DNA of 64,000 nucleotides from contig JAIERW010000001.1 in assembly GCA_019746485.1 (NCBI GenBank), positions 6,917 to 70,916 on the forward strand, written 5' to 3'. Origin of the DNA: Candidatus Babeliales bacterium (lineage in GTDB: Bacteria; Babelota; Babeliae; Babelales; RVW-14). A model generated the notes under the pieces. That model made no database searches, was not told the DNA's origin, and worked only from the letters and a program-made list of their open reading frames with translations. A program made the translations under genes and the position numbers. Shown here one piece after another: positions 1 through 8,080 of this stretch (its first letter is position 1; each line of letters opens with the position of its first letter).

Positions 1-681
1 CCAAACACCACCAACACAATATCTATTACGAGCGTGACTGCCAACAGATGACGAGCTAGACGCACTGGAAGCAGAAGGCTCATCAGAATCAAGGCCTTTG
101 CTAAAACTCAGCAAAAAATCAGCGTCATATGCAAGCTTTCTCCAATTACTTTGCCTATCTTTTTCCACACACATGCGCAACCGACCAGCTTCTTCTTGAG
201 TTATAGTTGCTCCATTTCTCAAAAGAAATTCTACCAAGCACAATCGAGAACAACGAATTGCTTGGTACAATACCGTTTCTTTACTACCAGAATTCACCGC
301 ATTTACATTTGCACCAAGCTCAACTAATCGCTCCATTTCAGTAAAAAAAGGTCTCCTGTCGACACAGTCTTCAGCAAACCATGTTATAGAAATGTACTTA
401 TTAACCACTACAAACAAACAGTGTGTAAGTTCATTTTTGCGCCTTATAAGCGCTTGCTGTTCACGCTTTTTCCGCTCTTCTTGTTGCTGCTGCTTGCGAC
501 GTTTTTCTGCTATTTCTTCAGCTCGAGCCGCCTCGGCTTGACGCTGAGCACGCTTTGCTTGTCGCTCTTGGTTTTTTTCCGCCCTAGATTTAACTCGAAT
601 CCAACCACCACCACTGGCAGCACCATAAACACTGTTACCAACGAACAAAACTAACGACATTAAAGCTATTTTTTTTAGCAT
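1..681 (-). CDS. Secreted ankyrin-repeat protein, C-terminal end cut by window edge (paralog of 707..1420)
   Basis: Absent from the ORF track because it has no stop in the window. Manual translation from ATG at 681 gives MLKKIALMSLVLFVGNSVYGAASGG (signal peptide). A K/R/E/Q-rich stretch follows (RAEKNQERQAKRAQRQ..EKRRKQQQQEERKKREQQ). Then comes ANK-like LVELGANVNAVNSGSKETVLYQAIRCSRLCLVEFLLRNGA. The frame stays open to nt 1. Confidence 0.75.
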   Translation of the reverse strand, partial: MLKKIALMSLVLFVGNSVYGAASGGGWIRVKSRAEKNQERQAKRAQRQAEAARAEEIAEKRRKQQQQEERKKREQQALIRRKNELTHCLFVVVNKYISITWFAEDCVDRRPFFTEMERLVELGANVNAVNSGSKETVLYQAIRCSRLCLVEFLLRNGATITQEEAGRLRMCVEKDRQSNWRKLAYDADFLLSFSKGLDSDEPSASSASSSSSVGSHARNRYCVGGVW

Positions 682-706
682 AAACTCTCCTCAAACCAAT
701 ACTTAA

Positions 707-1420
707 CTATTCGGAATCTGAAACACTAACACCAAAACGAAAATCACGAATATCAGGATTTAAGAGCAAATACTGTCGATGCAAGCACTCGATTTCATCA
801 AGATCTGGACCAACCACTCTTCTTCTGTCAGCCTCATCCTGAGCAAAGCCAGAACAAACAGTCGCCATAAAAGCCATACTATATCGAACTGGCCGTTGAT
901 GATCATTGCGCACGCGCTCTCGCAACAGCACCACATCTTCTTGAGTTGCAGCTGCTCCATTTCGCAAAAAAAATTCTGCCAAGCACAAGCGTGAATCGTC
1001 AATAGCCTGGCGCAGCATTGTTTTTCCCGTAGCAGGATTTATTGTGCTTATACTCACGCCACGCTTAATCAAAGCACACATGCGATCCAAAATATCATTC
1101 ACCTGCTCCAAGTCTTCCCCCTGTTCTGTTACAACAAAGTATGCATCAAACTCTTTAAAAAAATCACGCGCGAACCGATTTTTGCGCCGCACTTGTTTCC
1201 GCTTTTTGCCCTTCAATCGCTTCTTTTTTTGCCGCTGCTCACAACGCTCTTTTTCTGCTGCTTCAGCCAGAGCCTCGCGCTGAGTATGGCGCATTTGTTT
1301 TTCGCGGCGTTTCTTCGCCCCGGTTTTTACATCAATCCAAACATCACCACTCGCAGCAGCGCTATGCACACTACTACTAACCAACAATACTAACGACACT
1401 AAAAGTATTTTTCTGAACAC
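707..1420 (-). CDS. Secreted ankyrin-repeat protein with highly basic NLS-like tract
   Basis: 237-aa ORF with a GTG start preceded by AGGAA. Signal peptide is MFRKILLVSLVLLVSSSVHSAAA. Basic tract is KKRREK..RQKKKRLKGKKRKQVRRK. ANK-like segment is LIKRGVSISTINPATGKTMLRQAIDDSRLCLAEFFLRNGA. Confidence 0.8.
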   Translation of the reverse strand: MFRKILLVSLVLLVSSSVHSAAASGDVWIDVKTGAKKRREKQMRHTQREALAEAAEKERCEQRQKKKRLKGKKRKQVRRKNRFARDFFKEFDAYFVVTEQGEDLEQVNDILDRMCALIKRGVSISTINPATGKTMLRQAIDDSRLCLAEFFLRNGAAATQEDVVLLRERVRNDHQRPVRYSMAFMATVCSGFAQDEADRRRVVGPDLDEIECLHRQYLLLNPDIRDFRFGVSVSDSE

Positions 1421-1454
1421 GATTTATTCCTGCTTTACTTGTTGTTTTTGTCAT

Positions 1455-2030
1455 TCAAAAAGATTCTAACCGAAGCAAACCTTGCAATGCCAAATGCTCA
1501 CAAATTTCTTGGTCTTCAAACCAAAAAGTTGGATCTTCGCTCATTAAGCCCAAAACCGTAGTACCCATAAAGCCCACAAGCGTTGCATCAGCACCACGAA
1601 ACAACAACAACCATACATTATCTTTTCTCTTGCTATTTACTGCCATCAGCAGCGGGGTTTGAGGGTTTGTGTGCAGATTCACGTCAACGCCCTCGTTCAA
1701 AATATGTTCAATGACTTTTGGAGAAAAATATGCCGCGCCAATGGTTAACAACGGCCAAGGCGTCTGACGGCGCTTGTCTACCGCATGAACGCTGGCACCA
1801 CGCTTAAAGAGTTCAAGAATTTTCTCGTCGGGTGCGTGTGCATACATTGCATCAAACAGCTCATCGTTAAGCTGCTCTTGCAAACGCTCAATGCTCACCA
1901 CCGACTTTTTTGCTCCTTCAAGAGCTAGCCACTGCTTCTCACCAACAGACAACGAGCGCGAACACGCTGCCTGACTGGTGCTTGTACCAGCAGACAAAAC
2001 TAACGACATAAGAATTATTTTTTTTATCAT
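1455..2030 (-). CDS. Secreted ankyrin-repeat protein
   Basis: Signal peptide MIKKIILMSLVLSAGTSTSQA. ANK motifs LFKRGASVHAVDKRRQTP and NPQTPLLMAVNSKRKDNVWLLLFRGADA. Confidence 0.85.
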   Translation of the reverse strand: MIKKIILMSLVLSAGTSTSQAACSRSLSVGEKQWLALEGAKKSVVSIERLQEQLNDELFDAMYAHAPDEKILELFKRGASVHAVDKRRQTPWPLLTIGAAYFSPKVIEHILNEGVDVNLHTNPQTPLLMAVNSKRKDNVWLLLFRGADATLVGFMGTTVLGLMSEDPTFWFEDQEICEHLALQGLLRLESF

Positions 2031-2061
2031 GATTTACTCCCTCACGGTGAATTATTTTTTC

Positions 2062-2772
2062 TTACTCTTCAATCAAATAAAGCCCACCAGCAACATGATT
2101 GGCATGGTCAGCTTGGCGTGCTACCTTTGGATACTCACCATCTTTAAGCTTGCGGCCAAGCAAAAGCTCCATCACTGCCGTACGCTTTGCACGCAAAGCA
2201 TCAGCTTGCAAAAACTCTTCATGCAACAAGGCTAAATCAATTGGCTTTTGGCCTAGATGGTTAGCCACATTGTTCACCTTTTGATCAACAAGAAATTTAA
2301 CACAATCTACCGCCAAAACAGCAGCAGCCTTGTGCAACAGCGTATTGCCAAGCTTGTCTTTAATTTCTAGAAAATTTTTATTGAAAACCAAATTCATCAG
2401 ATCTACATCTTTTTGTGCAGCATAATGCAACGGAATGCAGCCACGTTCATCACGCGCTTGCATATCAGCACCACGCTCAATAAGATATGTTACAATGTCG
2501 CGTCGGGCATGAATCACCGCCATGTGCAAACAGGTTCGACCATGCTGACCAAGAGCATGAATACATGCACCGCGCTCAACAAGCTCATGAAATTTTTGAA
2601 GCCGACCAAAAAATCTTATTTCTCTGAACAATTGTTTACTTAGCTCATCGTGCTCAAGCTCTACTGCTGCGTTAAAAACTGGTGCATGGCCTTGCTGGCC
2701 ACTGTAAGCTACACTTTTGTTCAGACTACCAACACAAAAAACCAACGAAATTAGCACTATTTTTTTCAACAT
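2062..2772 (-). CDS. Secreted ankyrin-repeat protein
   Basis: Signal peptide MLKKIVLISLVFCVGSLNKSVA. ANK consensus GRTCLHMAVIHARRDIVTYLIERGADMQARDERGCIPLHYAAQ. Confidence 0.9.
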   Translation of the reverse strand: MLKKIVLISLVFCVGSLNKSVAYSGQQGHAPVFNAAVELEHDELSKQLFREIRFFGRLQKFHELVERGACIHALGQHGRTCLHMAVIHARRDIVTYLIERGADMQARDERGCIPLHYAAQKDVDLMNLVFNKNFLEIKDKLGNTLLHKAAAVLAVDCVKFLVDQKVNNVANHLGQKPIDLALLHEEFLQADALRAKRTAVMELLLGRKLKDGEYPKVARQADHANHVAGGLYLIEE

Positions 2773-2794
2773 TACTACTCCCTTTCATTATCTT

Positions 2795-3268
2795 TTAAAC
2801 ATCTAACTCATCTCTACTGGCACCACGCCTAACCAACAAACGTATAATTTCTTCGCGCCCTTCATCAGGGAATAAACGCTGAGCCCAGGCCATTGGCGTT
2901 CGACTTCGTGCATCACAAAGTTTAACGTCAGCACCTTTTTCTAAAAGAAGCGCAACCAAAGCGACCCAGCCCTTCTGTACCGCAAGATGCAGCGCCGTCT
3001 CTTTTGTTCTAACCTTAACAGCATTAACATTCGCACCCGCCGCAAGCAGACGCTCAACACCCAGCACAATATCAAGCCAACCGTATTCAATGGTATTAAA
3101 CATTTGCTCATTTAAAAGTTCACGTGAATCAGGATTTATTCCGCCACGTACTCTTCGCAATCCACTAGGTTCTAGAGGACAACCACCATGATTTGGCCGG
3201 CCAGAAGCTCCATAAACGTCGTTACTCCCACACCAAACCAGCACCAACAATAGTATTTTTTTGATCAT
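2795..3268 (-). CDS. Secreted ankyrin-repeat protein
   Basis: Signal peptide MIKKILLLVLVWCGSNDVYGA. ANK motif LLAAGANVNAVKVRTKETALHLAVQKGWVALVALLLEKGADV. Confidence 0.9.
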   Translation of the reverse strand: MIKKILLLVLVWCGSNDVYGASGRPNHGGCPLEPSGLRRVRGGINPDSRELLNEQMFNTIEYGWLDIVLGVERLLAAGANVNAVKVRTKETALHLAVQKGWVALVALLLEKGADVKLCDARSRTPMAWAQRLFPDEGREEIIRLLVRRGASRDELDV

Positions 3269-3311
3269 GTTTTACCTTCGATGTTTTTAAGATTTTTTCA
3301 TTTCAAAAAGT

Positions 3312-4046
3312 TTATTCTTTTTGATCATCTTGTAAACTTTGACAACCACCATCTGCCGCTGTTAACAGCGCTATAATTCTTTCACGCCTTGCCAGATTTC
3401 CTTCATAATCAACACGAACCACGCCTACACAATCAATCGGCCGGCGACCTTTTTTGTCAACTGTCGCAGCATTAACACCCTTGCTCAAGAAAAACTCAAC
3501 CATTGCTAAGTCTAAATGATAAGCAGCAACATGAAGCACTGTTTGGAGCTCATGAGCGCGAGCATTTACATCAGCCCCTGCGCCGATCAACAAATGGACC
3601 AAAGGGAAAGAGCCACGCTGAACGGCTCTAAATAACGGCGTATAACCTTCATAAATCGTTTTGGCATCAACGAGCGCACCACACTCAAGCAACTCCCTAG
3701 CCATTTCAGTTCTTCCCAAATAAACCGCTCGATGCAGCGGCGTACCATGAGTAAAATTTGTCATGTTTACGTTAGCACCTTTTCTGACAAGATCTCTGAC
3801 TCTTGCACGCTCTTTAATTCTCTCAAGCTCTCTGGCTCTCTCAAGCTCTTGAACTGTCTCAGGCTCTTGAAAGCTCTCTTCTGTTCGGCCTTCTCTTTCA
3901 ACTGCCCTCCACAACTCAACGTTCAGCTTGTACTTCCAATCACTTATTTCCTGCTCAGACCAGCCCTCAAAACTCTGCGCAGCACCCTGCGCATTGCCAG
4001 CAATTATCAAAGTTATCGCTAAGCTCAAAACTATTTTTTTTGCCAT
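3312..4046 (-). CDS. Secreted ankyrin-repeat protein
   Basis: Signal peptide MAKKIVLSLAITLIIAGNAQGA. ANK motifs HGTPLHRAVYLGRTEMARELLECGALVDA, GYTPLFRAVQRGSFPLVHLLIGAGADVNA and LQTVLHVAA. Confidence 0.9.
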   Translation of the reverse strand: MAKKIVLSLAITLIIAGNAQGAAQSFEGWSEQEISDWKYKLNVELWRAVEREGRTEESFQEPETVQELERARELERIKERARVRDLVRKGANVNMTNFTHGTPLHRAVYLGRTEMARELLECGALVDAKTIYEGYTPLFRAVQRGSFPLVHLLIGAGADVNARAHELQTVLHVAAYHLDLAMVEFFLSKGVNAATVDKKGRRPIDCVGVVRVDYEGNLARRERIIALLTAADGGCQSLQDDQKE

Positions 4047-4092
4047 AATACCCTCAGATGTTTAAAAAATTAACTAATAATGACGATATATT

Positions 4093-4866
4093 TTATTTCG
4101 TATTTCTTTTTTTTGGGACTCTTGATGAAGACCAAACCCATTCCTCACCCAAAACGTCCCTCACCTTGCTTTGGTACAGTTTGTCGGTAGGGCGATAGCC
4201 AAGAAACAACGTTATGACCTCTTTTATTTCTTGTTTAAGATCGCAAAATTTAGGATTTTTAAAGGCAAATTTGTTGGTCAAAATATAAAGACCTAATGGC
4301 GTAAAATTATAAGCATTACAGATATCTTTATTTGCTTGGTGATCCAAAAGCCATTTGATAAGCTCTCCACGATGAAAAAGAGCTGCATAATGTAAGATAG
4401 TATTACCATAGGCATCTTGCTGATTAATATTTGCACCATTGCCAGCCATAAGTAAATTCAACAAGTTAATGCGATCACGCACTGGCACATCCAATAAAAC
4501 AGCAAGATGCAACGGCGTCTGCCTCTCAAAATCTTCTGCCACATTAACACAAGCACCATACGCTAAAAGAAAATGAACTTGCTCAGGAGATTTATTCTGA
4601 ACGGCACGATGCAACCGCGTAAAACCAGCATCATCAAGCGCATTTACATCAATTACATATTCACCACCACATGGAGTTGTCAATACGCTATCCAGTTTTT
4701 CTACGTCAACAAACTCGTTCTGGTCTTGGGGCGAGGTACGCTCTAGCCTTAAAATTATATGTGGCTTGTCGTTTTTAACTATTGCTTGAGCTAACCAGAT
4801 AACTGGTTTCGCATAACCACCACAAAAAATAACAAAAAAAATTAACAACGCTCTTTTTTTTGTCAT
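4093..4866 (-). CDS. Secreted ankyrin-repeat protein
   Basis: Signal peptide MTKKRALLIFFVIFCGGYA. ANK motifs GFTRLHRAVQNKSPEQVHFLLAYGACVN, RQTPLHLAVL and GNTILHYAALFHRGELIKWLLDHQANKD. Confidence 0.9.
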   Translation of the reverse strand: MTKKRALLIFFVIFCGGYAKPVIWLAQAIVKNDKPHIILRLERTSPQDQNEFVDVEKLDSVLTTPCGGEYVIDVNALDDAGFTRLHRAVQNKSPEQVHFLLAYGACVNVAEDFERQTPLHLAVLLDVPVRDRINLLNLLMAGNGANINQQDAYGNTILHYAALFHRGELIKWLLDHQANKDICNAYNFTPLGLYILTNKFAFKNPKFCDLKQEIKEVITLFLGYRPTDKLYQSKVRDVLGEEWVWSSSRVPKKRNTK

Positions 4867-4899
4867 GAACTAAGCTCCCAATTTTTTTAGGTTTGGCAA

Positions 4900-5526
4900 C
4901 TATATGTTTTGTGCCTGCGCAGCATGCAACATGTTGAAAATCCCTAAACTTTGCCATAAATTAAACACCGTTTTTCCCGCTTCATCCCACACTTTCAAAC
5001 TCGCACCCCACTCAAGCAACAGTTTAACCATCTCTTCATCGTCATTTTTTACCGCTACCAAAAGCGGCGACAGCCACTTTGACCGAGTGTTAACCTCAGC
5101 CCCTTTTTCTAACAAAAACTGTGCCGCCGCCACATTACGATGTTTAACCGCAACAAAAAGAGGCGTTTGGCCCGCACTGCAGCGCTTTTCTATTTCGGCA
5201 CCATATTCAAGCAAAAGCTTGGTTAACGCAACACCGTCGTAATAAAAATGAACAGCTGCGTGCAACGGATAATCAAAAGCACCGGCAGCCCCATAAAAAT
5301 ATTGTTTGTTGGCGTCAGCGCCATCTTTCAATGCTTGCTCAACCTGAACAGAACAACTTGCAAACATGTTGGTTTTGTAAAGCACGTCATACAATCTTTC
5401 ATCAGGCGTTTTTTGTTCAACCTCAGATTTTTTTTGCAGCTCAGGTTTTTGTGGCTGAGGGGCAGCGTTAAGAGAAACGCTGAAAGCAAGCAAGACTAGG
5501 AAAGAAAAAAATGTTTTTTTGACCAT
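4900..5526 (-). CDS. Secreted ankyrin-repeat protein
   Basis: Signal peptide MVKKTFFSFLVLLAFSVSLNA. ANK motifs DYPLHAAVHF..LTKLLLEYGAEIE and GQTPLFVAVKHRNVAAAQFLLEKGAEVN. Confidence 0.9.
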   Translation of the reverse strand: MVKKTFFSFLVLLAFSVSLNAAPQPQKPELQKKSEVEQKTPDERLYDVLYKTNMFASCSVQVEQALKDGADANKQYFYGAAGAFDYPLHAAVHFYYDGVALTKLLLEYGAEIEKRCSAGQTPLFVAVKHRNVAAAQFLLEKGAEVNTRSKWLSPLLVAVKNDDEEMVKLLLEWGASLKVWDEAGKTVFNLWQSLGIFNMLHAAQAQNI

Positions 5527-5559
5527 GTAAATTTCCTTTTTTTGTTAGTACTATTAAAC

Positions 5560-5988
5560 CTAATCTTCTAGAACAAGCCCATGCTTGAGCAACTTAGTAC
5601 CAAATGTACGCAGTAAATTTTTTCGTAACTCTTCAATTTGCCACTCGCGAAATCTAACTTCGTTCAGCAATTCTTTTATTTCTGCGGTAGTAGAAAGACG
5701 AGCAATATTCCATCTTTTCGGTATGCGCGCACCGTACCTCAACAATAACGCAACCATCTCTTTATTTTTATGAGACACTGAATACGAAAGAAGTGTATAG
5801 TAATGACAGCCAAGGTAAAAGGATGCATTAACATCAACACCTTGCCTCAACAAAATCTCAAAAACATCAGCATCTCCCTGCTTTAAAGCGTCTAACAACT
5901 TTATGCCGCTCTCAATCTTTCCCGCGCCATAAAGTTGTACATTACTTGCCAACAATGCCAACATCATTAAAACCGTTCGTAAAATCAC
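5560..5988 (-). CDS. Secreted ankyrin-repeat-like protein
   Basis: GTG start with GGGGAG six nt upstream. Signal peptide MILRTVLMMLALLASNVQLYGA. Degenerate ANK segments LLRQGVDVNAS and YTLLSYSVSHKNKEMVALLLRYGARI. Confidence 0.75.
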   Translation of the reverse strand: MILRTVLMMLALLASNVQLYGAGKIESGIKLLDALKQGDADVFEILLRQGVDVNASFYLGCHYYTLLSYSVSHKNKEMVALLLRYGARIPKRWNIARLSTTAEIKELLNEVRFREWQIEELRKNLLRTFGTKLLKHGLVLED

Positions 5989-6009
5989 TATAAGCTCCCC
6001 TCAAAATAA

Positions 6010-6702
6010 TTAATCAAACACCGCGCTCATCAATTTTTCTTTAAACTCTTCAGCTTCTTTTTCTTTTTGTTTCTCTTTTTCATAATACTCTTCAAGCAAT
6101 TCTCTAATGTCATTATCAACACAATAACTAAAAACAGTACGCCCATCCCTTCCCTGAACCATGACTGAAGCGCCGTGCTCAAGAAGTAATTGAACCATTT
6201 TTATATCGCTGTTATTTACCGCCCACGCAAGCGGGGTAAAAAAGGTACGGCTTTGTGCATTAACGTCGGCACCCTTTTGCAATAAAAATTGAGCATAATT
6301 ATAATTCCTAAACTTTGCTGCCAGATGAAGCGGTCCCAAACCACCCTTAGCTTTCGCTTCTAAAGCTGCACCATGCTGACACAACAACTCTGCAAGGCAA
6401 ACTGCTTGCACATAATCATTGGCAAGAATATGCAAAGGACGACCAATAATGCCGCCACTGCACACCATATTTGGATCAGCACCATTTTTAAGAGCGGCGT
6501 AAACTGCTACCATACGCAAAAGGCCTGGCGAACATTCCAAAGCAGCTCTCAAACACTGGTCAGGATGAATAATTGACCGTACACACTCCCCGCTACCTTG
6601 ACCACAAACACTATCGCTGGACGTCGATCCTTGTGCAGCACCATGTACATTACTTCTACAAACCAACAAAACGAAGGCCATAATCACAATTCTTTTAACC
6701 AT
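6010..6702 (-). CDS. Secreted ankyrin-repeat protein (first gene of the 10-gene array)
   Basis: Signal peptide MVKRIVIMAFVLLVCRSNVHGA. ANK motifs GRPLHILAND, GLGPLHLAAKFRNYNYAQFLLQKGADVNA and FTPLAWAVNNSDIKMVQLLLEHGASV. Confidence 0.9.
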   Translation of the reverse strand: MVKRIVIMAFVLLVCRSNVHGAAQGSTSSDSVCGQGSGECVRSIIHPDQCLRAALECSPGLLRMVAVYAALKNGADPNMVCSGGIIGRPLHILANDYVQAVCLAELLCQHGAALEAKAKGGLGPLHLAAKFRNYNYAQFLLQKGADVNAQSRTFFTPLAWAVNNSDIKMVQLLLEHGASVMVQGRDGRTVFSYCVDNDIRELLEEYYEKEKQKEKEAEEFKEKLMSAVFD

Positions 6703-6816
6703 ATTTCAGTCCTTATTTTTAAAGAGATTGGTGCGTAATGTACCGCATTTAAACTCCTTTGTCTCCATTAAACAACAAATTTTATAGGTCTCCTGTCACA
6801 CCAACTCTCCCCTCAC

Positions 6817-6845
6817 TTGGCAGCAAAGCAAAAAACCTATAGAAT
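6817..6845 (+). promoter_or_regulatory. Candidate sigma70-type promoter of ychF
   Basis: TTGGCA (6817..6822), a 17-nt spacer, then TAGAAT (6840..6845). It lies about 44 nt upstream of the ychF ATG. Confidence 0.4.
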
Positions 6846-6888
6846 ATAGAATAGATCACGGTATTTTTTCACCAAACGAAAGGTTTTA

Positions 6889-8013
6889 ATGGGAATTCAA
6901 GCTGGCCTTGTTGGGCTGCCCAACGTTGGCAAATCCACACTCTTTAACGCTCTGACCAAATCAAGTATTCCGGCGGCAAATTACCCGTTTTGCACCGTTG
7001 ATCCTCACGTTGCCATAACGTACGTTCCAGACCCACGTTTGGACGACCTGGCAAAAGTATTTAAGTCTGAAAAAAAAATTCCGACCATGGTCAAGTTTGT
7101 AGACATTGCCGGCCTGGTAAAAGGTGCGGCTGAAGGCGAAGGCTTGGGCAACCAGTTTTTGGGCACCATCATGGAAGTTGACTTAGTGCTGCACGTACTG
7201 CGCTGCTTTGAAGATGGCGAGATTACGCACGTTCAAGGTACGGTTGACCCCGTTAACGACTTTGAAATCATTTGTGCTGAACTCATGCTCAAAGATCTTG
7301 ATTCGTTAAATAAGCGTGAAGAACGCTTAAACTCAATGATCAAAAAGAAACAAGCGGCCAGCCCTCAACAAGCAAAAGAATGGGAAACTGAAAAAGAATA
7401 TATCCCGTTGCTCAGAGATGCTTTGAACAAGTTTGACTTGGCACAAGTGCAAGCACTGTTCCGCAAAGCAAAAGCAGAGAAACTGCCACTACAGCCTTTG
7501 CTTTCTGGCAAAAATTACCTACTCATTGCCAACGTTTCTGAAGACGATTATGCGGGCACCAACTACGAAAATAACCGCCACTACCAAGCACTTGTTGCAA
7601 AGTTTGGCAAAGATAACGTTATTCCGGTTTCGGCAAAAATTGAATCTGAACTTGCTCAAATGGACGATGCCGACGCCAAAGAAATGATGAATGATCTTGG
7701 CATTACGCACAAAGGTCTTGATGACATTATTGCGCGCGCGTACAAAGAACTTGGGTTGATTACCTTCTTTACCTGCGGCCCCAAAGAAGCTCATGCGTGG
7801 AGTTTGCGTAAAGATACAAAAGTTCCGCAAGCAGCTGGTGAAATTCACTCAGATCTTGAGCGTGGTTTTATTTGTGCTGAAGTTTACAACCACCGCGATC
7901 TTATGCAAGCTGGTAGTGAGCAAAAGCTTAAAGAAACAGGCAAGATGCGCACCGAAGGTAAAGAGTATATCGTGCAAGATGGCGATTTGCTGAATATTCG
8001 TTTTAACGTTTAG
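6889..8013 (+). CDS. ychF: Ribosome-binding ATPase YchF (OLA1 family GTPase-like)
   Basis: N-terminus MGIQAGLVGLPNVGKSTLFNALT (G1 P-loop), NYPFCTVDP, and a C-terminal TGS-like EGKEYIVQDGDLLNIRFNV. Length is 374 aa. Confidence 0.95.
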   Translation: MGIQAGLVGLPNVGKSTLFNALTKSSIPAANYPFCTVDPHVAITYVPDPRLDDLAKVFKSEKKIPTMVKFVDIAGLVKGAAEGEGLGNQFLGTIMEVDLVLHVLRCFEDGEITHVQGTVDPVNDFEIICAELMLKDLDSLNKREERLNSMIKKKQAASPQQAKEWETEKEYIPLLRDALNKFDLAQVQALFRKAKAEKLPLQPLLSGKNYLLIANVSEDDYAGTNYENNRHYQALVAKFGKDNVIPVSAKIESELAQMDDADAKEMMNDLGITHKGLDDIIARAYKELGLITFFTCGPKEAHAWSLRKDTKVPQAAGEIHSDLERGFICAEVYNHRDLMQAGSEQKLKETGKMRTEGKEYIVQDGDLLNIRFNV

Positions 8014-8028
8014 ATTTTTTACAAAAAA

Positions 8029-8067
8029 AGAGGCCACAGTAAGTTATTTACTCTGGCCTCTTTTTTT
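8029..8067. terminator. Bidirectional rho-independent terminator between convergent ychF and the ANK gene
   Basis: Perfect 8-bp stem: agaggcca (8029..8036) pairs with tggcctct (8054..8061). It is flanked by an A-run upstream and a T-run (8061..8067) downstream. Confidence 0.6.
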
Positions 8068-8080
8068 AATTTTAAATTGG

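Noticed and set aside
421-654. Plus-strand 77-aa ORF from the track. The same applies to the many 60-150-aa ORFs antisense to or out of frame with secA, ABC-F, the NTTs, the helicase, the GT-C genes and others.
   Set aside because: They lie entirely inside longer ORFs with clear motifs on the other strand or frame, and they have low-complexity, stop-poor shadow composition. This one is antisense to the K/R/E-rich tract of the truncated ANK gene 1..681.
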